Assembly: GCA_016207165.1 (NCBI GenBank) | Contig: JACQQD010000011.1 | Location: 6,515-70,514 of the forward strand | DNA from: Candidatus Micrarchaeota archaeon | Lineage (GTDB): Archaea > Micrarchaeota > Micrarchaeia > Norongarragalinales > Norongarragalinaceae | Length of the DNA stretch: 64,000 nucleotides | Direction of reading: 5' to 3' | Notes under the pieces: model-generated | Told to the model about the DNA's origin: nothing | Database searches by the model: none | The model's input: the letters and a program-made list of their open reading frames with translations, nothing else | Program-made: the position numbers and the translations under genes | Shown: positions 1 to 9,886 of the stretch, piece by piece | Layout of the letters: each line of letters starts with the position of its first letter | Numbering within the stretch: the first letter of the stretch is position 1

Positions 1-20
1 GAAAAGGTGAACCGCCCATA

Positions 21-380
21 ATGCATCAAGAGCTTTGGATCGAAAAAAAAGGAGTACATGAATTGAACACCGACCACCCCGAAGCCCGACATGAATTGAT
101 CAAAGCCGCCACGTTTGACCCAAGGCAAACCCCGGAAACCGATCCGCGAATCATCGTTTACTTGAAAGGCAGCCGGCAAGCCAGCATCATTCTAAACCGC
201 ACACGCGGAGAAAGAGCGGAGTTCCAAGTCAAACGGGGTTCCGAAGTAGACGGAGACGAACAAATCGAAATCTTTAGGGCGGTTGAAGGATGGTTTGAAC
301 CCCACGCTGAAAAACATCCCCATTTCGCCCAATCCATCCAGTTGGCCCGCGAATACTACGAAAAACAATTCAGGAAGTGA
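21..380 (+). CDS. hypothetical protein (119 aa)
   Basis: Intact ORF. No recognisable motif. Overlaps start of next ORF. Confidence 0.3.
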   Translation: MHQELWIEKKGVHELNTDHPEARHELIKAATFDPRQTPETDPRIIVYLKGSRQASIILNRTRGERAEFQVKRGSEVDGDEQIEIFRAVEGWFEPHAEKHPHFAQSIQLAREYYEKQFRK

Positions 381-384
381 AACC

Positions 385-858
385 GTGAAACCCAAAGAAC
401 CCCTGCCGCAACGCCGCGGGCTTTTGCCCCTGACTCAACACGAAAAAGCGCGATACGAAGAAGAGGAGGGGCTACCCACACCAGCCCTGAAACACGCGTC
501 CGGATCCGACGACGCCATCTTGGAAATCGAATGGCTTTCAAACCAAGACGAACCCCACATCTACGCCAAAATCCGGTCACCGGAAGGAAACGTGCACGCG
601 TACCACTTCAACCGGCAAGTCGTCCACGCCGAACAAGGCCCAAGAAACCGTACCCCGTTCTTGCAGGTCAGACCCTTCGGCTCCACGAACCCGTCCCGCG
701 AAGAAATCCGTCACGCCATCCGAGCCGTCTCAAAAGCATTTCAAGAAGCCAAACAAAACGCACCAAAATGGCCGACGGACGTTAACGCCGAAGAACTCGC
801 TGCCGTCGCCAAAGCCATGAAAAACCTCGAAAGAGTCCACGCCCAAAGACCCAAGTGA
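385..858 (+). CDS. hypothetical protein
   Basis: ORF 283..858 trimmed to an in-frame GTG at 385, just after the upstream stop at 380. No recognisable domain. Confidence 0.3.
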   Translation: MKPKEPLPQRRGLLPLTQHEKARYEEEEGLPTPALKHASGSDDAILEIEWLSNQDEPHIYAKIRSPEGNVHAYHFNRQVVHAEQGPRNRTPFLQVRPFGSTNPSREEIRHAIRAVSKAFQEAKQNAPKWPTDVNAEELAAVAKAMKNLERVHAQRPK

Positions 859-868
859 ACCCAAAGGC

Positions 869-2065
869 ATGAACGCCAAAAAAGACTACTACAAAGCCTC
901 CATGGACATGCACCAAAAGTTCCACGGCAAACTCTCCACCGAATCCAAAGTCCCGCTTTTGACGCGCGATGACTTGAGTACCGCGTACACGCCGGGCGTG
1001 GCGGAACCCTGCCGCGCCATCGCCAAAAACCCAGAACTTGCCTTTGAATTGACCATCCGGGCCAACACCATCGCGGTGGTGTCCGACGGCTCCGCGGTTT
1101 TGGGCTTGGGCAACATCGGCGGCCAGGCGGCCTTGCCGGTCATGGAAGGAAAGGCCTTGTTGTTCAAGGAATTCGGAGGCGTCAACGCGTTTCCCATCTG
1201 CGTTCGCACCCAAGACCCCAAAAAAATCGCGGACATCGTCATGCAAATCGCGCCGAACTTCGGCGGCATCAACCTGGAAGACATCGCGTCTCCCAACTGT
1301 TTTGAAGTTGAACGAATCCTCAAGGAAAACCTGGACATCCCCGTTTTCCACGACGACCAGCACGGCACCGCCATCGTGGTTCTAGCCGCGCTCATGAACG
1401 CCTCGAAAGTCGTCAGCAAACCCTTGGGCGAAATGAACGTCGCCTTCAGCGGAGCCGGAGCCGCGGGCCTGGCCGTATCCAAATTTTTGTTGGGTGAAGG
1501 CCGAAAAAGCGACGAATTCGCGGCCAACGACATCGTTTTGTGCGACTCCAAAGGCATCGTTTCTTCCAATAGAACCGACTTGAATTGGGCCAAAAAGGAA
1601 ATCGCGAAAGTCACCAACCAAACCAACAAGACCGGCTCCATGATCAACGCCTTCAAAGGCGCCGACGTATTCATCGGCGTGTCCGTAGCTGGAACCGTCT
1701 CCAAAGACATGGTCCGCCAAATGAATTCGGATGCCATCGTTTTGGCCATGGCCAACCCCGAACCCGAAATCTGGCCCGATGACGCGAAAGCCGCGGGAGC
1801 CCGAATCGTTGGCACCGGACGCTCCGATCTTCCAAACCAAATCAACAACGTGCTCGCGTTTCCCGGCGTCCTACGCGGGGCGCTTGACGCGAAAGCCACG
1901 CAAATCAACGAGGAAATGAAGCTGGCCGCCGCGAAAGCCATCGCGTCCTGCATCCCGAATCCCTCGGAAAACCAAATCGTGCCGGATCCCTTGGACCGAA
2001 CCGTTGGAAAGAAGGTCGCGCACGCCGTCGCCGACGCCGCCAGGAAAACCGGCGTGACGCGATAA
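869..2065 (+). CDS. NAD(P)-dependent malic enzyme (short form)
   Basis: 398 aa. Malic-enzyme N-terminal and NAD-binding signatures (e.g. 'VVSDGSAVLGLGNIG', 'GAGAAG'). Confidence 0.8.
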   Translation: MNAKKDYYKASMDMHQKFHGKLSTESKVPLLTRDDLSTAYTPGVAEPCRAIAKNPELAFELTIRANTIAVVSDGSAVLGLGNIGGQAALPVMEGKALLFKEFGGVNAFPICVRTQDPKKIADIVMQIAPNFGGINLEDIASPNCFEVERILKENLDIPVFHDDQHGTAIVVLAALMNASKVVSKPLGEMNVAFSGAGAAGLAVSKFLLGEGRKSDEFAANDIVLCDSKGIVSSNRTDLNWAKKEIAKVTNQTNKTGSMINAFKGADVFIGVSVAGTVSKDMVRQMNSDAIVLAMANPEPEIWPDDAKAAGARIVGTGRSDLPNQINNVLAFPGVLRGALDAKATQINEEMKLAAAKAIASCIPNPSENQIVPDPLDRTVGKKVAHAVADAARKTGVTR

Positions 2066-2071
2066 CCAAAA

Positions 2072-2524
2072 CTAAAGCGGCTTGACGTACAGCAGAATCT
2101 CCTTCCCCCAAAGCTTTTGCTGGAGTTTGCCGTGTTTCTTGAAGCCGGCCCGCTGATACAAAAAAATCGCCTTTGAGTTGGATTCCTCCACCAAGATCAC
2201 GGCCTGCCCGCACGACTTTTTGGCCTCGTGCAAGACGGCGTCCAACAATTTTTTGCCAAAGCCTTTGCCTTGAAGCGATTCGTCCACGCACAAACCCAAA
2301 ATCTTCACGCTTTTTCCTTCAATCGCCGGAGAGTCGGTCTGGTGGCGGGCGGGCGACGCGTCGTAGTATTCAAAGTCGACAAAGCCCAAAAGCGTGGCGT
2401 CTTTCTCCAGCACGAAGTACTGAACCCCGGACTTTATGCGGTCGTAAATGGCGTCGGCCGACAAGTGGATGTAAGGGAAAAAGCGTTTCGACAGCGCCGC
2501 CAACGCCACGCAGTCCGACCCCAT
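2072..2524 (-). CDS. GNAT family N-acetyltransferase
   Basis: C-terminal GNAT motif ('...VILVEESNSKAIFLYQRAGF'). Start trimmed to the internal Met at 2524; the long ORF extension is Gly/Arg-rich low-complexity. Confidence 0.55.
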   Translation of the reverse strand: MGSDCVALAALSKRFFPYIHLSADAIYDRIKSGVQYFVLEKDATLLGFVDFEYYDASPARHQTDSPAIEGKSVKILGLCVDESLQGKGFGKKLLDAVLHEAKKSCGQAVILVEESNSKAIFLYQRAGFKKHGKLQQKLWGKEILLYVKPL

Positions 2525-2535
2525 GCCGGGCCGAA

Positions 2536-3075
2536 TCAGGACGTCTTCCAATCCGATCCCGCCGCAAAATCCGATTCGAACACGTCTAAAAACCGTTGCG
2601 CCACCGCCGAATCCTGGATGAGCACGGCCGCCTCGCGGTTGAGTTTCATGGCGTGACGCGACCAATTCGTGGAACCCACGAAAACCTGGACTCCGTCCAC
2701 CACCATGAATTTGGCGTGCGTGGACGCAAAATCGCGGGACGCCCACCGCACCGCCACGCCGGACAACGCCAGTTTTTCCGCGGTGAACAAATTGGACTCG
2801 ATCTGCGGATCCAAAACGACGCGAACCATGGCTCCCCGATTGGACGCGTCAATAAGGGCGTCCAAAAGAGGCGCGTACGAAAACTGGTAAAGCTGGACGT
2901 TCACGGAATGGCGTGCCGAAGCAATCAACCCCAACAAAACGGGTTCGGAGGCTTCCGGGGAAAAAACGGGCTGCACCAGGGCGGAATCCACGGCAACCGG
3001 GGACAAAAATCCGTGCACGAAAAAACCGGCGGCAAATGCGGCGGCCGCCAGAACCAGGAAAAACGCGTCCCGCAA
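2536..3075 (-). CDS. phospholipase D/nuclease-like protein (HKD motif), membrane-anchored
   Basis: HxK(x4)D motif 'HAKFMVVDG...GSTNWS'. N-terminal hydrophobic helix. Confidence 0.6.
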   Translation of the reverse strand: MRDAFFLVLAAAAFAAGFFVHGFLSPVAVDSALVQPVFSPEASEPVLLGLIASARHSVNVQLYQFSYAPLLDALIDASNRGAMVRVVLDPQIESNLFTAEKLALSGVAVRWASRDFASTHAKFMVVDGVQVFVGSTNWSRHAMKLNREAAVLIQDSAVAQRFLDVFESDFAAGSDWKTS

Positions 3076-3086
3076 ACAAAACCGCC

Positions 3087-3956
3087 TTAATACGACGCTT
3101 CAATGAAGGCGCCGACAACCAGAAGCAACACGGAAATGCCCAAAAGCACGAAGGAGACCTTGAACACGTGGCGGAACAAAACGGGCTTGGACAACCCGTT
3201 CTTCATGAGTTCCATGGAAAACAATCCGCCGGCGATGCTCGCCAAAAAGTACGCGCCCAACTCGAAGATGCCGTGAGGCAACAACACCAAAAAACCCTGC
3301 ACCACACCCAAAGGCCCAATGACCTGCATTTTCTTGCCGACCACGACCCCAATGATGGACGCGTTCCAAAGCAGCAAGTAAATCGAGCCGATGCCGTACA
3401 CCAAACTGAACACCAACATCAACCCCAAAACCTGGAGGTTGTGCGTGAACAAAAACAAGAACAAGTCGCCGGACACGTCGCCCATGGGCGTGGTGACGCG
3501 GCCCTGGAGTACGGAGGACTGAATCAGATCGACTTCCCGCAATTGGTCGGCGAACAATTCCGACGAGCCCGGCACCGATTGGCCGAACAACTGGAAGGGT
3601 TCCGGGGGAAGCACGGCAAACCAGAACGTGTACGCCAACGCGGCCCCCAAAAAGAAGAAGCCGAAGACTTCCAGCATGTCGGCGTGATGCGTCCGAAGGT
3701 GCCCCAACACCGACGTCAGAGGAACGTGGTGGTTCTTGAACTCCTCCACTTCCTTTTCCTCGTCTTCCTCTTCTTCCAACAGCAGCCGCCAAACCACGGG
3801 AATCAACGGCACCATGGTAAAGACGATGATGGACCCCCGAATCGGTAAAAACAATTCCACCAAAACGCCAAACGAGACGAAAACGAAGGTGGCCAGAACC
3901 ATGGCCCACGGGTCCCTGCGCACCTGGCTGGGCGAAACCAGAAAATCCAAGACCAT
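3087..3956 (-). CDS. DUF95/SpoIIM-like polytopic membrane protein
   Basis: Multiple TM helices, acidic loop and 'AYFLASIAGG' segment typical of the SpoIIM/DUF95 family. Confidence 0.4.
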   Translation of the reverse strand: MVLDFLVSPSQVRRDPWAMVLATFVFVSFGVLVELFLPIRGSIIVFTMVPLIPVVWRLLLEEEEDEEKEVEEFKNHHVPLTSVLGHLRTHHADMLEVFGFFFLGAALAYTFWFAVLPPEPFQLFGQSVPGSSELFADQLREVDLIQSSVLQGRVTTPMGDVSGDLFLFLFTHNLQVLGLMLVFSLVYGIGSIYLLLWNASIIGVVVGKKMQVIGPLGVVQGFLVLLPHGIFELGAYFLASIAGGLFSMELMKNGLSKPVLFRHVFKVSFVLLGISVLLLVVGAFIEASY

Positions 3957-4007
3957 GAAAAAGCATAGTGCGCCGAGCGCTTTAAACCCGGCGGGTGCGC
4001 ATGCCGC

Positions 4008-5036
4008 CTAAGCCCGCGAAAACCCGGCCAGCGTCTTCTGTTTCTCGCCCAACGATTCCAGAGGCTGGGCATCAAAGCCTCGTTTCCGAAGCTCAGACGC
4101 GAACTTGGCCGACGGGCCGTGCGTGCAAAACACTTTTTTGGGGTTGCACGCGGACACGAACTCAACCAGTCCCGGAAAATCGTTGTGGTCGCTCAAGCAA
4201 AACGCTTGGTCCACGCCAAAACCGTTCGTCAGCGACCAGCCGGTGGCCACGGAAAGAGACACCTTCCTTCCATACGCCCGGTATAGCCCCTCCGCCAAAA
4301 ACGGCTTGACGTTGTGCATCGGCAGAACCGCGGCAAAACCGCCTTTGAGCGCCGACGGGTCGTTGCACGTATAATCCAACGCCACGCCGTGCCGCTGGTA
4401 GACTTCGTTGACGGCGGCAATGGATTGATCCACCACAGGACAAATCCCCGCCTCGTTGAGCGCGGAAACGACTTCTTGCGCTTTACCCAACGCGTAAGCG
4501 CCAAACACCGCAATTCTTCCCATTGCGAGCTTTTCGTTCGCCCACCGCCCCATGTCGGCGTACACCTCGCTTCGATCCGGAAAAACGTACTCGGGGGAAC
4601 CGTACGTACACTCCAAAAGCAACGTGTCGCACTCTACGGGCTTGGCGGCTTTTTGCGTCAACGAGTCCTCCGACAAAAAGTCGCCCGTGTACAAGAACGA
4701 CTCGCTTCCCTGAACGAAAAGCATGCGCGAACCCAGCACGTGGCCGGCATTCAAAAGCGTGAACCGCGCGGAGACGCCTTGGTGGAAAGACTGCGTTTTT
4801 TCGGGCACCGCTTTGCCGCGCGCCAAGAGCAAGTCCATGGTTTCCCTGCTTGAAAGCACCAATTCGGCGTTCCGAAGGGAACGGTAATGGTCAAAGTGGG
4901 CGTGGGAAACGAACGCCTTGGAGCCTTTGGAATCCAGCGCGAAGCGGTCGCTGCCGCTTTGCACAAAGGCGTTGGGTGGGTCAAACGCCAACATCCCACC
5001 CACTACACCCCCAATTGATTTAAACTCTTGGTTCAA
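4008..5036 (-). CDS. beta-CASP family metallo-beta-lactamase nuclease (~340 aa)
   Basis: MBL motif 'HAHFDH'. beta-CASP motifs 'DTLLLECTYG', 'LSDHND', 'CTHG'. 4-bp ATGA overlap with the upstream gene indicates co-transcription with the transfer-like operon. Confidence 0.7.
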   Translation of the reverse strand: MNQEFKSIGGVVGGMLAFDPPNAFVQSGSDRFALDSKGSKAFVSHAHFDHYRSLRNAELVLSSRETMDLLLARGKAVPEKTQSFHQGVSARFTLLNAGHVLGSRMLFVQGSESFLYTGDFLSEDSLTQKAAKPVECDTLLLECTYGSPEYVFPDRSEVYADMGRWANEKLAMGRIAVFGAYALGKAQEVVSALNEAGICPVVDQSIAAVNEVYQRHGVALDYTCNDPSALKGGFAAVLPMHNVKPFLAEGLYRAYGRKVSLSVATGWSLTNGFGVDQAFCLSDHNDFPGLVEFVSACNPKKVFCTHGPSAKFASELRKRGFDAQPLESLGEKQKTLAGFSRA

Positions 5037-6517
5037 ACCGGCCGCACCATGGCCAAACCCAGCACGAACACCAACGCCAAAAGCAGGCCGTCGTACCCAC
5101 GGATGACGTCAAAAGAAAAACCGGGCGCTGATTCGACGTACACGGCGGCGGCACTGGATACGGGTGCAAAACCTTCCGAACCCAGAAACGAGACCGTCAC
5201 CCGGTGAATGCCTGGTTCCGAAAAGGAAATTCGCTCCACTACCCAGCCCTCGTCATTGGTCACTGAATCCCACGCGGATTCGGGCGTCTGGATGCGCACC
5301 ATGGCACCGGAAAGCGGACCTCCGGTCACGCGTTCAAGTCGGGCCAACACGTCCACCGATTCCCCGGGCCGGATGGCGTCGTGGGAAACGTTGACAGCCA
5401 ACCGAGCCGCGTCAAAGGTTTCCATTCTGACGGCTTTGGAAGCCACGTGGCCGAATACGTCGCGGGCCTCAAAAACCACGTCGTGCGCGCCCAAAATCCG
5501 GGAAGAAAACACGTTTTGCTCCAGGGCGTACCCCCGTACATAGGATTCCGGCGAAAACACATGCGCCTTCAACGTCACGTCGGAATCCGCGTCCAGCCGG
5601 TCATCCGCACGGGTTTCAACGTATTGGACACCCCGCGCATTTTCTTTGACGTCGAAAGCCAAGCGGTTCCACTCCGACACCCGCTTTCCGTCCAGCCTCG
5701 TCTCCACGTAGTAAACCGAGGCGTTGGACAACCAGTAAAAACGCATCCATGGAAGCAGAATGCTTCGCTTGAGGGTCCACGGAGCCAACAAAACGCCTTC
5801 GAAAACCGGGTTGACCACCGGCGAGGATACGACGTTGGATTTCCCGGAATACGGGTAGGAATCCACGCGATGCGAGTACTCCATGTAGGGAACCGTCCAG
5901 CAATACCAGGGCCCGCATTCCTCGCGGCATTTTTGCTCCTGAGTGCTCGTGGTGTAGTACAGCTTCAATTCCCCCTCCAGCCATGCCTGAAGAGGACTTT
6001 GGGCCGCGGCCAGTTCCTCGGCGTTAAACGGAGTGCGCAACGGGTTGGAAGGGTTTTGGATGGTTTTACGCACGCCGTCCAAATCAAAGTGGGCGGTAAA
6101 CGTCGGAACCGCGCTGGAAAACACGGTCTGCGACTGGCTCGTCCCACAGCCATCAACTCGCCCCACCGGGGGAAAACGGGGGTACGCGTCGTACGACCAA
6201 CCCCACACCCACGCCGGCACATCCACCGCGGACACGTTGCCGTCCACCGACGGAAACGGGGGATGCAGTTGAATGGAAAACAAAAGCAGGGGATTGGACG
6301 GCGCGGCATAGCCCCCCGTATCGACGCGGACACCTTGGAGAGATGAAGCCATGGCCAAGTTGTGCTGCGCCACGGCGTCATGAGGCGGCTGAACGACGGC
6401 CGAACACGCGCCCAACAACAAGGCCAAAAGCAAAACGCTACGCACGAAGCAACCGCTCCAAATCCAAGAGAGAAAGCCAGTTGCCGCAACCCGCTTTGAC
6501 GCGTTCGCGGGCGGCAT
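5033..6517 (-). CDS. secreted lipoprotein-like protein with C-terminal TM anchor
   Basis: N-terminal hydrophobic signal with a lipobox-like 'LLGAC'. C-terminal 'PGF..' followed by a TM segment. Overlaps both neighbours. Confidence 0.45.
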   Translation of the reverse strand: MPPANASKRVAATGFLSWIWSGCFVRSVLLLALLLGACSAVVQPPHDAVAQHNLAMASSLQGVRVDTGGYAAPSNPLLLFSIQLHPPFPSVDGNVSAVDVPAWVWGWSYDAYPRFPPVGRVDGCGTSQSQTVFSSAVPTFTAHFDLDGVRKTIQNPSNPLRTPFNAEELAAAQSPLQAWLEGELKLYYTTSTQEQKCREECGPWYCWTVPYMEYSHRVDSYPYSGKSNVVSSPVVNPVFEGVLLAPWTLKRSILLPWMRFYWLSNASVYYVETRLDGKRVSEWNRLAFDVKENARGVQYVETRADDRLDADSDVTLKAHVFSPESYVRGYALEQNVFSSRILGAHDVVFEARDVFGHVASKAVRMETFDAARLAVNVSHDAIRPGESVDVLARLERVTGGPLSGAMVRIQTPESAWDSVTNDEGWVVERISFSEPGIHRVTVSFLGSEGFAPVSSAAAVYVESAPGFSFDVIRGYDGLLLALVFVLGLAMVRPV

Positions 6518-8486
6518 CCAACCGGAAGACCAAAACCTTTTTACCTTTCCTCGCCCGGATGCCCTCGTTGACCCAAGAAATCAGCCAACCCGAGGTGACG
6601 AAAACGTCCAACAACCGCCTCCTGAAAAACGCCGCACGCAACCCCGACTCATCCGGATACCATGAACGACACGCTACCAGGCCTCCTCCATCCATGGCCA
6701 GTTGAGCGGATGCGCCAGCCACAGCCCTTGAAAGGCTCTCCGGAAGAACCACGGCGTGGGGGTCCCCCAAACCGCGCTCCAAATGCGTTTTCAGTTCAGC
6801 CAACCGCACCGGCATGCGCGTCCAACCAAAAACGCGGTTAACGTGCAGGACGGCATCCACCAAAAATCCGGCGTCCACCGTTTGCCGCAACGCGTGAAGC
6901 TTTTCCGGAGGATCCACGCGTACGAATTGACCCATCCGGCTTGAAAGCCCAAAGGCCACAGCAAAAAACGCCAAGGCCCCGACGCCCATCAAGCGATCCG
7001 GCCAAGAGGACAAAAAACCCGCCGTGGACTGGACGCGCGCATTCACGGCCACAGGCCCCACTTCAACGACATACGTCTTGCCGTCCCCATGAAAAGAAAG
7101 GTCCTCAAAACGGATTGCGCCGCCAGCATCCGTGTAAAACACCGAACCGTTCCAGTACACGGGCTGGCGGGCGTACGCCACGCCGTCCACCAAAACCATG
7201 GCCGAAATGCGCTTGGTGCCAGGGTCGGCTTTGGCGATGCGGACCTCCGGCGCTTGCACGTGGACCGCGGAATAGGAAGACGCCCCGCCGTCCGAAAACG
7301 AAATCAAAAAATCGCCGGACTTGTTGAACCCAATGCTCTTGGACAAAAGAAAAAGGCCGGACGAAACCTGGCCGAACTCCCGGGATTCAAGCACGCGCCC
7401 GTCTTGAACCAGAGAATACGTGAACCGGGAGCCACGGGAACGGTTGGAGAAAAGCGATACGGAAAGCGATTCGTTGATCCACGCCACAGCCGGATTCAGC
7501 ACACGCAGATCCGAACGGTTCAAGGAAAAGTGCAGACGACGGGAAGCGTTTCCGCCATCCAGCCACACCAACGCGTGCGTGGCTGAAGTGGAAAACGGTT
7601 GCGAGAAAATCGTTTGCGGCAAAAAAAAGTTCCCCTCGAATTCCGTCAACGGGTCCTGCCACGACGCATTCAAAACAAAGTCCGCCACGGCATCCCCCGC
7701 CGAAAAGCCTGAAGAAAAACCCCGGTCCAAAGGTCTGGGGTACGCCGCCAAGTAGCCCCCGTTTTTGAAGACCTGCCAAGAACCCCTGCGGTACGCCGAA
7801 CCGTTTTTGGCCTCCAACCGGTACCCCGACAACGCGTCATCCGAAACAAAGTCCACGCCCAAGCCCTCTTTTTGGATCTCCCAATCCGGGTTGGCCGCCA
7901 AGCCTTTGGAGTCCCAAACATACGAAAAAGGAAGGCCCACGTGCACCACCACGCCCCCGCCTCGAATCCACTGAACCAAACCACCTGAAGAAATAAACTC
8001 GCGAGGAAACGCGGACGAAGCCACCACCAAAATCCCAGGCGTTAAGAGCGTAAGCCCGCGAAGCGGCACGCGCGACACGGAAACATCCCACGAATCAAGG
8101 CGTTTTTCCAAGCGCTCCAAAAATTCGGGGAAAAACTGCTGGTCGGATTCCGACAATACGTACACTCGGCTTGGAACGGCATCCCGAAACAACGCCACCC
8201 GCACGCGGGCCCGGCCGCTTCCATCCACGAAGAAAAACGCCTTGGACGCGTTGCCCTCAAACCACGCCAGGCCAGCGTCTTGCACGGAAGCCGGAATACC
8301 CTCCGTGGATTCAACGACGTCCCCGTACAGAAAGTACACCGAAAACGATGCAACCGCCAAGGCGACCAACACGAAAAACCGCTTCACGGCCGCACATCCA
8401 CCTCCACCAACCGCGCTGATTTCGGCAGAAAAGACGCAAAAGAAGCGGCAAACGAGTCGGACACCTGTTCGTCGGAGAAACCGCAT
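6438..8486 (-). CDS. large membrane protein with N-glycosylation-sequon-rich extracellular domain
   Basis: 682-aa ORF. N-terminal TM, then ~450 aa with many N-x-S/T sequons, a second TM ('GVGALAFFAVAFGL') and a C-terminal cytoplasmic domain. True start uncertain. Confidence 0.45.
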   Translation of the reverse strand: MRFLRRTGVRLVCRFFCVFSAEISAVGGGGCAAVKRFFVLVALAVASFSVYFLYGDVVESTEGIPASVQDAGLAWFEGNASKAFFFVDGSGRARVRVALFRDAVPSRVYVLSESDQQFFPEFLERLEKRLDSWDVSVSRVPLRGLTLLTPGILVVASSAFPREFISSGGLVQWIRGGGVVVHVGLPFSYVWDSKGLAANPDWEIQKEGLGVDFVSDDALSGYRLEAKNGSAYRRGSWQVFKNGGYLAAYPRPLDRGFSSGFSAGDAVADFVLNASWQDPLTEFEGNFFLPQTIFSQPFSTSATHALVWLDGGNASRRLHFSLNRSDLRVLNPAVAWINESLSVSLFSNRSRGSRFTYSLVQDGRVLESREFGQVSSGLFLLSKSIGFNKSGDFLISFSDGGASSYSAVHVQAPEVRIAKADPGTKRISAMVLVDGVAYARQPVYWNGSVFYTDAGGAIRFEDLSFHGDGKTYVVEVGPVAVNARVQSTAGFLSSWPDRLMGVGALAFFAVAFGLSSRMGQFVRVDPPEKLHALRQTVDAGFLVDAVLHVNRVFGWTRMPVRLAELKTHLERGLGDPHAVVLPESLSRAVAGASAQLAMDGGGLVACRSWYPDESGLRAAFFRRRLLDVFVTSGWLISWVNEGIRARKGKKVLVFRLDAARERVKAGCGNWLSLLDLERLLRA

Positions 8487-9886
8487 TGCTTGAGGTGCCG
8501 GCGAACGGCGTCATCCGCCAAGCCCACATCGGAAAGCTTGGCCACCCACGACCCGGCATCCACCGCATTTGATTTTCCCGAAAGCCAGGCCTCCAACTCC
8601 AAAGCCTTGGAAGCGGAGACCCCCAATTTTTGCAGTTCCGAAAGAAACTTTTTCTTTTCAAACGAAAACGCCACGCTTTTCACCTCCAACGACACCCATT
8701 CCAACAACGCCTCGCCGTCCACCCGCTCCAAGAAAAACGCGTCACCCTGCGAAAAACCGGCCCACTGCAAGTTCACCGCGCAACAACCCACCGGCAACAA
8801 GCCTATGCGCCGCCGAACCGCATCGGAAAACCCGAGGGTCTTCTGCAAATAGTCCAAGCTGTCCGAAAACGCGGTGCGAAACATGAACAGCGACCCCACA
8901 TTGGAAAAAATGGCGGAATGCACGTCCATGGGATTCTGGGAAGCGATGACCAAACCGAAGGCGTACTTCCGCCCCTCCCGAACGATGGCCACCGGGTCGC
9001 CGTCTTCTCGGCAGATCTTCCAAGCCTCATCCAACACCACCCACCACTTCAAGCGCCGCCCCTCACCCGGCCCGCACGCCCGCATCTTCTCCGCAACGAA
9101 CTGAAGCAACGACAGCCCCGCCAAGCTTCGAAAGGACTCCGACGGCAAGGCCGTCAAGTCCACGCACACCAAACCCGCTTCCAAGAGCTTTTCCAACGCA
9201 AACGAACTGGGCTTGGCGAAAAAATCGGATCCCCCTATGACCAGGGGGCGAAGCAGAAGCACCGCGTTTTCCATCTCGCGCTTGTCCCACGCCGACGCCC
9301 TCCTGGACTTCGCCTTCAGCCACGCCGACACGTCTTTGAGCGTCGGCGGCCTCTTGGAAAACTTCCGCATCGCATAACACTGTTCAATGGCAAAACGCAC
9401 CCACTGGCGTTCCCGAGCAAACTGGCCCAAGTCCGTCAACAACGCCAACGCCTCCACCACCTGACGCGTGCGCTGAGAAGGCGTCATGCCTCCCAAATCC
9501 AGCAAGTTCAATGACGCCTCCCCCAACCGGATGACGTGACCCCCGGACTGCTTAACCCAAGAAGCGTACTCGCCGGACCAATCCAAAATCAAGGCATGAG
9601 TACCCCACACCAAATTCGAGCGCGTCAAAAACGACTTGACGAAAAAACTCTTGCCCGAACCCGTCATGCCCACCACCGCCACGTGCGGATTGGCCAAGTG
9701 AGCAAACGACCAGCAAAACGGCACGCCGAACGCCTTGGCTTTCGACACCCAGATGCCGTCCGTCGGATCCGAAAACAAGAGCCTTGACGGCGGCTGGGAC
9801 GGCCGGACAAACAAGGGCCTGGACCGAAGCGCTCCGGACAAAACGGGCCTGGACTCTGGAAACCCCAACCACGGCCACGCGTTCAT
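8384..9886 (-). CDS. VirB4/TraC/HerA-superfamily (DUF87-like) secretion ATPase
   Basis: Walker A 'GMTGSGKS', Walker B 'VVLDEAWK' and arginine finger 'REGRKYAFGLVIASQNP', characteristic of FtsK-HerA/VirB4 ATPases. Start overlaps the upstream stop (ATGA). Confidence 0.7.
   Translation of the reverse strand: MNAWPWLGFPESRPVLSGALRSRPLFVRPSQPPSRLLFSDPTDGIWVSKAKAFGVPFCWSFAHLANPHVAVVGMTGSGKSFFVKSFLTRSNLVWGTHALILDWSGEYASWVKQSGGHVIRLGEASLNLLDLGGMTPSQRTRQVVEALALLTDLGQFARERQWVRFAIEQCYAMRKFSKRPPTLKDVSAWLKAKSRRASAWDKREMENAVLLLRPLVIGGSDFFAKPSSFALEKLLEAGLVCVDLTALPSESFRSLAGLSLLQFVAEKMRACGPGEGRRLKWWVVLDEAWKICREDGDPVAIVREGRKYAFGLVIASQNPMDVHSAIFSNVGSLFMFRTAFSDSLDYLQKTLGFSDAVRRRIGLLPVGCCAVNLQWAGFSQGDAFFLERVDGEALLEWVSLEVKSVAFSFEKKKFLSELQKLGVSASKALELEAWLSGKSNAVDAGSWVAKLSDVGLADDAVRRHLKQCGFSDEQVSDSFAASFASFLPKSARLVEVDVRP

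Noticed and set aside
889-1953. 354-aa antisense ORF opposite the malic enzyme gene
   Set aside because: Mirror ORF. The + strand product has unambiguous malic-enzyme motifs.
5381-6346. 321-aa + strand ORF opposite the lipoprotein gene of the transfer-like operon
   Set aside because: Extremely Arg/His/Gly-rich, which is typical of an antisense GC-rich frame. The minus-strand genes overlap in operon fashion.
8630-9514. 294-aa + strand ORF opposite the VirB4-like ATPase
   Set aside because: Arg/His/Pro-rich and no motifs. The minus-strand gene carries Walker A/B and an arginine finger.
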